Of a stretch of 16,009 nt of DNA, positions 1 to 5,887 are shown piece after piece. The translations under genes and the position numbers were made by a program. Position 1 is the first letter of the stretch. Each line of letters starts with the position of its first letter. The notes beneath the pieces are model-generated. The model worked only from the letters and a program-made list of their open reading frames with translations, had not been told where the DNA came from and did no database searches. The DNA comes from Pseudothermotoga sp. (GTDB lineage Bacteria; Thermotogota; Thermotogae; Thermotogales; DSM-5069): the NCBI GenBank assembly GCA_041640575.1, contig JBEPZZ010000037.1, forward strand, positions 1 to 16,009, written 5' to 3'.

Positions 1-232
1 CAGTTAATGCCCAGATAATTGCCCCGAAATAGAGAATCAAAGCTATTATTTTCGTAACTAGTTTGGACATGCGAGTTAATTTCCTAATTATATTTGCCAA
101 ACCATCCACAATCATTGCACCAATGAAGGTCAACAAAGCAACATTGAAGAAGTTCCTAAAGAGCACTCCAATTGTGAGAAAGATTGCAACGTATAAAAGA
201 GTCAAGTAAAGACCCAATTTTTTGCCCTTCAT
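1..232 (-). CDS. N-terminal part of an integral membrane protein, probably AI-2E (PerM/TqsA) family; runs off the left edge
   Basis: Not in the ORF track; translated by hand from ATG at 232: MKGKKLGLYLTLLYVAIFLTIGVLFRNFFNVALLTFIGAMIVDGLANIIRKLTRMSKLVTKIIALILYFGAIIWALT... with no stop. GGGAGG SD 7 nt upstream. The TM-TM-basic loop-TM pattern resembles AI-2E N-termini; the family call is inference. Confidence 0.6.
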   Translation of the reverse strand, partial: MKGKKLGLYLTLLYVAIFLTIGVLFRNFFNVALLTFIGAMIVDGLANIIRKLTRMSKLVTKIIALILYFGAIIWALT

Positions 233-279
233 CCTATATCCTCCCAATTTTACGGGTGCTGCACCAGCAGTTTGATCAG

Positions 280-1101
280 CTAGTTTTTAGCAAGCTTTTC
301 AAGCATTTCTCCAATTATCTTCCTAAAACTTTTCTCACCTTCTGAACCACGCAAGAAACTCACAACTGGTTTGCCGGAATCTGCAAAACTGGCTATCATT
401 GGATCCATTGGTATTTCACCTAGAACGTCTACACCTACTAACTCTGCGAAATTCTTTGCAATATTCTTTCCGAAAGGTTCTATTTTTGCTTTGCATTCTG
501 GGCAAATCAAGTAAGACATATTTATCACCAAACCAAGGACCCTCTGATTCATTTCAAGAACAAAATTTATTGCTCTTGAGACATCATCGATGGCAACTCT
601 CTGAGGGGTGGTAACAACAACAACTCCATCCATTTGGACCGTCTGAAACAAACTCAAAGCTTCATCACCAGTTCCAGGAGGAAGATCAAAGATCAAAAAA
701 TCAAGTTCGCCCCAGTCAACATCTCCAAGAAATTGTTGAATAGCGCTGTGTTTAAGTGGGCCTCGCCAAATCAGTGGTTGGCTCTCATCTATAAGCATCG
801 CCATGGAGATAACCTTCAGATTGTTCATGTAGGTTGGCGGCACGATTTTTCCGTTCTCAGACAAGGGTTGATCCACAACGCCAAGCATTCTTGCCACGTT
901 TGGACCGTGCAAGTCTAAATCAAGTAAACCAACTCGAAAACCTTCTTCGATTAAACCAACTGCGAGGTTTACGGAAACTGTAGTTTTTCCAACGCCTCCT
1001 TTTCCACTCAGCACAGCTACTTTGTGTTTAATCCTAGACATGCTTTCAGCGATTCTTTTTTCGCGTTCCTTGACTTTTGAGAGTCTTTCGTTTATATCCA
1101 C
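280..1101 (-). CDS. mrp: Mrp/NBP35 (ApbC) family P-loop ATPase, Fe-S cluster carrier
   Basis: Deviant Walker A SGKGGVGKTT, DLDLHGP, IWRGP, DWGELDFLIFDLPPGTGD, TTPQ and NMS..CPEC motifs. Start placed at GTG 1101 because GAGGTG lies 6 nt upstream; the ORF-track start at 1110 falls inside that SD. Confidence 0.95.
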   Translation of the reverse strand: MDINERLSKVKEREKRIAESMSRIKHKVAVLSGKGGVGKTTVSVNLAVGLIEEGFRVGLLDLDLHGPNVARMLGVVDQPLSENGKIVPPTYMNNLKVISMAMLIDESQPLIWRGPLKHSAIQQFLGDVDWGELDFLIFDLPPGTGDEALSLFQTVQMDGVVVVTTPQRVAIDDVSRAINFVLEMNQRVLGLVINMSYLICPECKAKIEPFGKNIAKNFAELVGVDVLGEIPMDPMIASFADSGKPVVSFLRGSEGEKSFRKIIGEMLEKLAKN

Positions 1102-1119
1102 ATTTTCCACCTCGTTTAT

Positions 1120-1149
1120 ATTTTAACATTGAGGTTTAAATGATACAAT
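1120..1149. promoter_or_regulatory. Overlapping divergent sigma70-type promoters for mrp (-) and the queD-bamA operon (+)
   Basis: Minus strand: TTGTAT (1148-1143), 17 bp, TAAAAT (1125-1120) with TGn extension. Plus strand: TG-A-TACAAT (1141-1149) extended -10. Confidence 0.6.
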
Positions 1150-1193
1150 CAAAAAGAAGGATAGATTTCATATACGCGGAGGGAATGAAACCT

Positions 1194-1553
1194 GTGTATT
1201 TGATTTCACGTGATTTCAAGTTTGATGCCGCTCACAGGTTGGAAAAGTACCATGGGAAATGTGAAGCACTTCACGGACATACTTACAAAATTCGCGTGAC
1301 CTTAATTGGTTTGCCTGATTCGGAGGGAATGATTGTTGATTTCGTAGAACTTAAGAGGATAGTTCACGAGAATGTACTTTCCTTTTTGGACCATTCGTAT
1401 TTAAATGAAATCATTGTACAACCTACAGCTGAGAACATTGCAAAATGGATTTGGGAAAAATTACAGACAGTTCTAAATTTTCCCAATTGCAAGCTCTACG
1501 AAGTCACTGTTTGGGAAACTGAGGATTGTTTCGTCAGCTATCGAGGTGACTAG
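1194..1553 (+). CDS. queD: PTPS/QueD family T-fold enzyme with hybrid PTPS-I/III motif (CExxHGH)
   Basis: FKFDAAH, KCEALHGHTY, DF..LK, LDHSYLN, PTAENIA and VWET motifs. Start GTG 1194 chosen from GGAGG at 1178-1182; ATG 1185 or ATG 1140 are alternatives. Confidence 0.92.
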   Translation: MYLISRDFKFDAAHRLEKYHGKCEALHGHTYKIRVTLIGLPDSEGMIVDFVELKRIVHENVLSFLDHSYLNEIIVQPTAENIAKWIWEKLQTVLNFPNCKLYEVTVWETEDCFVSYRGD

Positions 1554-2336
1554 ATGAAAGACGTTCAAGCGCAACCTGACAACAGAAATATTTATCTTCA
1601 AAGAGTTGGCATAAAAGGACTTTTGTACCCTATAACTGTTATGGACCAGCAGAGAGGCTCGCAAGATACTGTAGCAACGATAAATATGTACGTAGACCTT
1701 CCTATCCATTTTAGAGGCACCCATATGAGCAGATTCGTCGAAGTTTTGAACAGATACCATTTGGGAATAGATCCAAGAATCTTAGGTGAAATGTTAGAAG
1801 AGTTGAGGAAAAAGCTGCGAGCGAAAATCGCAAGGGTCGAAATAGAGTTTCCATACTTTATTGCAAAGAAGTCACCTGTTACAAAAAATGAGGGCTTTCT
1901 CAGCTACACTTGCCGGATTGTAGGCCAAAAAACAGAGGACAAATGTGACTTCACGTTTACTGTTGGAGTACCTGTGATGACTCTTTGCCCATGCTCAAAA
2001 GAAATCAGCGATCGAGGAGCTCACAATCAGCGAGCAACAGCTTGGGTACATGTAAAGTCGAAAAAATTGATTTGGTTTGAAGAGCTTATTCAGATGGCTG
2101 AAAGTTCAGCAAGTGCTCCGATTTTCACGATTTTAAAAAGGCCAGATGAAAAATTTATAACCGAGCATGCCTATGATAATCCGAGATTTGTTGAAGATTT
2201 AGCCAGAGAAATAGCGTTGAAATTAAAATCCGATAATAGGATAGAGTGGTACAAAGTGGAAGTGGAAAGCTATGAATCAATTCATGCTCACAATGCTTAT
2301 GCATGTGTGACTTCGAAAGAAGGTGAAACTGAATGA
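1554..2336 (+). CDS. folE2: GTP cyclohydrolase IB (FolE2)
   Basis: MKDVQ start, GTHMSRF, TLCPCSK, GAHNQR, LKRPDE, NPRFVED and [10 protein letters not shown] motifs; ATG directly follows the queD stop. Confidence 0.96.
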   Translation: MKDVQAQPDNRNIYLQRVGIKGLLYPITVMDQQRGSQDTVATINMYVDLPIHFRGTHMSRFVEVLNRYHLGIDPRILGEMLEELRKKLRAKIARVEIEFPYFIAKKSPVTKNEGFLSYTCRIVGQKTEDKCDFTFTVGVPVMTLCPCSKEISDRGAHNQRATAWVHVKSKKLIWFEELIQMAESSASAPIFTILKRPDEKFITEHAYDNPRFVEDLAREIALKLKSDNRIEWYKVEVESYESIHAHNAYACVTSKEGETE

Positions 2337-2995
2337 TCGTAAAAGTCTTGGATAAAGGCTTTGTGAAGCTTTTAGATCATCTTGGTAATGATTTAACGGC
2401 AGTAAAGGCAGCGCGTGTATCGCATGGAAAAGATCTTTTGGACGAAGAAAGAGACAGGCACTTGATCGAACATTTGCTCAAAAGTGGTCATGAATCACCA
2501 TTTGAACACATTGTTTTTACCTTTCACATCAAGTGTCCGATTTTTGTCGCTAGGCAGTGGATGCGTCATCGTATAGCTTCATACAACGAATTAAGTGGAC
2601 GTTACACCCAGCTAAGTGAGGAATTCTACATACCGGATCAGCTTGATCCAAGAATCAAAGGTGATTCGGAACAAAGACAGCAAATACTAGGAACTATCGA
2701 GAAAGCTCTCAGAGAATCTTACGAAGCTTATGTAAAATTACTCGAACTGAAAGTTCCAAGAGAAATTGCAAGAATCGTTTTACCAGTCTCTCTTTACACT
2801 GAATTTATTTGGTCCGTTAATGCGAGAAGCTTGTTCAACTTCTTGTCTTTGAGAGCCGATTCACATGCCCAGCTTGAGATTCAAGAATATGCAAAAGCTG
2901 TAGCAAGTATATTCAAGCAAATTTGTCCGTGGACCTATGAAGCTTTTATCAAGCATCGTTACACTGGTGACTTGCTTAAGGAGGTGGAGTTGTGA
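2333..2995 (+). CDS. thyX: FAD-dependent thymidylate synthase ThyX
   Basis: ThyX signature RHRx7S ([14 protein letters not shown]), [33 protein letters not shown] and HAQLEIQ; ATGA overlap with folE2. Confidence 0.97.
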   Translation: MIVKVLDKGFVKLLDHLGNDLTAVKAARVSHGKDLLDEERDRHLIEHLLKSGHESPFEHIVFTFHIKCPIFVARQWMRHRIASYNELSGRYTQLSEEFYIPDQLDPRIKGDSEQRQQILGTIEKALRESYEAYVKLLELKVPREIARIVLPVSLYTEFIWSVNARSLFNFLSLRADSHAQLEIQEYAKAVASIFKQICPWTYEAFIKHRYTGDLLKEVEL

Positions 2996-3345
2996 AACTG
3001 AGTGAAATCTTGGAAGAACTAAAAGCAAATGTATTGACCAATCCGCAAATGGTTAACAATCTTGACTTTGAGTATGTAGCTGCTTCTGACTTAATGAGTG
3101 ATGTTCTTGCTATAGCTCGTCCAAATATGCTTCTTTTGACTGGTTTGGCAAGTCCTCAGGTTGTTCGAACTGCAGACGTTGTGGGCCTAAAAGCAGTTAT
3201 TATAACAAGAAGAGATGTTATACCGGATGAAACAATTAAATTAGCACAGTCTTGCGGCATAGTTCTTGCAGGTACAAAGATGACTATGTTTGAAGCTTGC
3301 GGAAGATTATACTGTAAGAAACTCAAACCGATTTGGGAAGTGTGA
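2992..3345 (+). CDS. Stand-alone DRTGG-domain (HPr kinase N-terminal-like) protein 1
   Basis: [25 protein letters not shown] and MFEACGRLY motifs; AAGGAGGTGG SD; GTGA overlap with thyX. Confidence 0.85.
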   Translation: MKLSEILEELKANVLTNPQMVNNLDFEYVAASDLMSDVLAIARPNMLLLTGLASPQVVRTADVVGLKAVIITRRDVIPDETIKLAQSCGIVLAGTKMTMFEACGRLYCKKLKPIWEV

Positions 3346-3352
3346 TTTGAAG

Positions 3353-4306
3353 ATGGAAAAAGTTCTCGAGAAAGTTCAAAGTTTTTTCATGGACATGCCA
3401 ATAACTGAGATAATGACTCCAAACGTTGTAAGCATTAAGCCTGACAGAACTTTGAAGCAAGTCAAAGAGATTCTCAGAATAAAAAGAATATCAGGCCTTC
3501 CTGTTGTTGATGAAGAACGAAGATTAGTTGGAATAGTTAGCATAGAAGACATTATTAAAGCTTTGGAAAACGGTTATATAAATGATAAGGTCGAAAATAG
3601 AATGACGAAAAATGTCGTTTACCTCAATAACACTGACACGCTTAAAGACGCAATAGAGGTTTTTGAAAAATACAGTTATGGTCGATATCCCGTTGTTGAC
3701 AAGGATATGAAATTAGTTGGAATAGTCACAAAAATGGATGTTTTAACTGCCATTCTAACTAGACTTGGGCTGGTTTACTTACACGACGAACGTAGGAGAG
3801 AGGTTTTGGAAAGCAAAGATTACTATGGTAGATCACTTATTACTGGGGAAACGTTAGACAAAGCTGGTGCCGATTTTGTTTTCCTTATAGATTATTTTGA
3901 TATAAATCTTGCTGGGATAGGTGCTTCGAAGCTGCGTCAATTTTTGCTATCAAAAGGAGTTGATGAAGAAACAGCTCGAAGAGTTGCGATTGCCACTTAT
4001 GAAGCTGAAACTAATGTTGTAATACACAGTGGCAGCACTGGTGTTATATATTGTTTCATAAGGCCAGATACCATCTATGCACGAGTGGAAGATTCAGGTA
4101 AAGGTATAGAAGACATAGAACTTGCCATGAAAGAAGGTTATTCAACTGCTCCTGATTACGTTCGAGAGCTTGGCTTCGGAGCTGGTATGGGAATGGCAAA
4201 TATGAAGAGATGTTCTGACAACATGGTTGTGATGTCAAAAGTGGGGGCTGGGGTTGTTGTAGAAATGGAATTCAAGAGGAAGGGGGAGCAACGTGAAAAT
4301 CACTGA
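3353..4306 (+). CDS. CBS-pair protein fused to an RsbT/anti-sigma-like HATPase (Ser/Thr kinase-like) domain
   Basis: Two CBS repeats (IMTPNVV..ISGLPVVDE..LVGIVSIEDI; MTKNVV..YGRYPVVDK..LVGIVTKMDV), then a Bergerat fold: YEAETNVVIH (N box), EDSGKGI (G1), EGYST, GFGAGMG (G2). Start ATG 3353, 7 nt after the upstream stop; SD is weak. Confidence 0.88.
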   Translation: MEKVLEKVQSFFMDMPITEIMTPNVVSIKPDRTLKQVKEILRIKRISGLPVVDEERRLVGIVSIEDIIKALENGYINDKVENRMTKNVVYLNNTDTLKDAIEVFEKYSYGRYPVVDKDMKLVGIVTKMDVLTAILTRLGLVYLHDERRREVLESKDYYGRSLITGETLDKAGADFVFLIDYFDINLAGIGASKLRQFLLSKGVDEETARRVAIATYEAETNVVIHSGSTGVIYCFIRPDTIYARVEDSGKGIEDIELAMKEGYSTAPDYVRELGFGAGMGMANMKRCSDNMVVMSKVGAGVVVEMEFKRKGEQRENH

Positions 4307-4625
4307 AATTATTCAAAGACTTGGTCTGCAAGTTTGTTGTGGTAATTGTGAACAAGAGATTACACATGGTTGTGTTGGAGATCTTTTGAGTGAGGTTATG
4401 GCAATGGCAAAATCAAACTCTGTATGGGTTACTGTCCAATCCCATGTAAATATAGTTGCTGTAGCAGCAATCAGTGGAATAAAAGCTATTGTACTTTGTA
4501 ATGACCATAAGTATTCGGAAGAGACGATAGCCAAGGCAGAACAAGAAGGTCTATGTCTCTTGAGGACTTCTAAAAGTCCGTTTGAAGTAGTTGGAGAACT
4601 TTACTTAATGGGTGTCAGGTCGTGA
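4293..4625 (+). CDS. Stand-alone DRTGG-domain protein 2
   Basis: GCVGDLLSEVMA, VWVTVQSHVNIVAVA and FEVVGELY; similar to 2992..3345; GGGGAG SD before GTG; 14 nt overlap with the kinase gene. Confidence 0.85.
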   Translation: MKITEIIQRLGLQVCCGNCEQEITHGCVGDLLSEVMAMAKSNSVWVTVQSHVNIVAVAAISGIKAIVLCNDHKYSEETIAKAEQEGLCLLRTSKSPFEVVGELYLMGVRS

Positions 4626-5350
4626 ATTTCAAGGCTGATCTACACATTCACTCATGCCTTTCTCCATGTGCAGATATAACGATGGTACCAAGCGTTGTTA
4701 AGAAGGTTTGCACAGAAAAGAATATTGATATTGTTGCCATAGCTGATCACAATGGAGCAGAAAATTTGGAAGTATTTCAGAAAAACATGAGAAGTAATTT
4801 AGTCCTACCAGCCGTTGAGTTTTGCTCAAAAGAGGAAGTTCATTTATTAGGTTATTTCAGCAGCATCGAAAATGCGCAGAGAATTTGTAAATTGGTTAGA
4901 GATCAAATTATTCGATTTCCTTATGACCCTGAGTTGGTTGGTTATCAACTAGTTTTAGGAGATGATGAGGCTTTTATCGGAATGATTGAAGATATATTTC
5001 TCGGTGCACCTTCATTGATTTCTTTAGATGAGTTAGTAGGCTTAATCTGCTCTTTTGATGGTATAGCGGTTTACGCGCATGTGGAAAGACAGTTTGGTGT
5101 GCTTTATCAGCTTGGAGTTTTCCCAAAGGACGATAGAGTGAAAATAGTTGAAGCAAGGTCAAAAGAAGGGTGGCGTACAGCAAAAAGATCGGGTTACACG
5201 GTGATTAGCAGTTCAGATGCACATATGCCTGATCAGATAGGTTGCAGGTACAGCTGGGTGAATTTGGAAAAACTGAGTCTGCAAGATTTGTTCATGGCAA
5301 TGAAAGTACCGGAAGGGAAGTTGAATTCGATATGGGACTTAGAACAATAG
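4622..5350 (+). CDS. PHP-domain metal-dependent phosphoesterase
   Basis: DLHIHSCLSPC, IADHN, E..EEVHLL, AH and SSSDAH metal-binding motifs; GTGA overlap with the upstream gene. Confidence 0.9.
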   Translation: MNFKADLHIHSCLSPCADITMVPSVVKKVCTEKNIDIVAIADHNGAENLEVFQKNMRSNLVLPAVEFCSKEEVHLLGYFSSIENAQRICKLVRDQIIRFPYDPELVGYQLVLGDDEAFIGMIEDIFLGAPSLISLDELVGLICSFDGIAVYAHVERQFGVLYQLGVFPKDDRVKIVEARSKEGWRTAKRSGYTVISSSDAHMPDQIGCRYSWVNLEKLSLQDLFMAMKVPEGKLNSIWDLEQ

Positions 5351-5883
5351 CAGATCACATCATGGATATTGTTCAAAACTCCTTCAATGCCAATGCCAGC
5401 AAGGTAACACTTACCATTATCGAAAAGGATGATGGAACCTTCAGATTCAAGATTGAGGACAATGGAAAAGGTATGGATGAGCAAGAACTTCAAAGAATTT
5501 TCGATCCGTTTTATACTACAAGAGATCCAAAGATAAGACGCGTTGGTTTAGGATTGCCATTTCTAAAACAAGCTGCTGAACTTAGTGGTGGAAATGTTTC
5601 TGTGCAAAGCAAAAAGGGTGTCGGAACGGTTGTCGAAGCAGTCTTTAACACTCGTCACATTGACTGTCAGGAGGTAGGCAATTTAGCTGACGCAATTTCA
5701 ACTTTGATATTGATGGCTAATGATGTAGAATTTGTTGTGAAAAGGTTTAAAGATGGGGATAGTTATTGTGTATCCAATGTTGAGCTCAAACAAATGCTTG
5801 GTGAACTCACATCACCAGTAGTTATAAAGTTTGTTTTTGAATTGATGACGGAACTTGAGGCATCCTTGAAGAAAGAGGGGTGA
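5332..5883 (+). CDS. Orphan HATPase_c (histidine-kinase-like ATP-binding domain) with no HisKA or sensor domain
   Basis: MGLRTIADHIMDIVQNS (N box), EDNGKGM (G1), FDPFYTTR (F box), GLGLP (G2), SKKGVGT. Start ATG 5332 overlaps the PHP gene by 19 nt; the ORF-track extension to 5242 lies within the PHP gene. Confidence 0.88.
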   Translation: MGLRTIADHIMDIVQNSFNANASKVTLTIIEKDDGTFRFKIEDNGKGMDEQELQRIFDPFYTTRDPKIRRVGLGLPFLKQAAELSGGNVSVQSKKGVGTVVEAVFNTRHIDCQEVGNLADAISTLILMANDVEFVVKRFKDGDSYCVSNVELKQMLGELTSPVVIKFVFELMTELEASLKKEG

Positions 5884-5887
5884 AGTC

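Noticed and set aside
253..279. Small palindromes GGTGCTGCACC / TGCTGCACCAGCA between mrp and the membrane protein gene as a terminator
   Set aside because: Stems are only 5 bp with 1-3 nt loops and there is no U-tract on the minus strand.
1150..1193. preQ1 or THF riboswitch upstream of queD
   Set aside because: The leader is about 40 nt and lacks the preQ1-I stem-loop plus A-rich tail; it is too short for a THF aptamer.
1194..2336. queD + folE2 as part of a 7-deazaguanine DNA-modification (dpd) island
   Set aside because: No dpdA/tgt-like, queC or queE genes and no mobility genes; the context is housekeeping and points to folate.
3290..3352. Programmed +1 frameshift fusing DRTGG1 to the CBS-kinase, since the downstream frame is open from 3290
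   Set aside because: No slippery site or stimulatory structure is visible, DRTGG1 has a complete C-terminus, and ATG 3353 is well placed for reinitiation.
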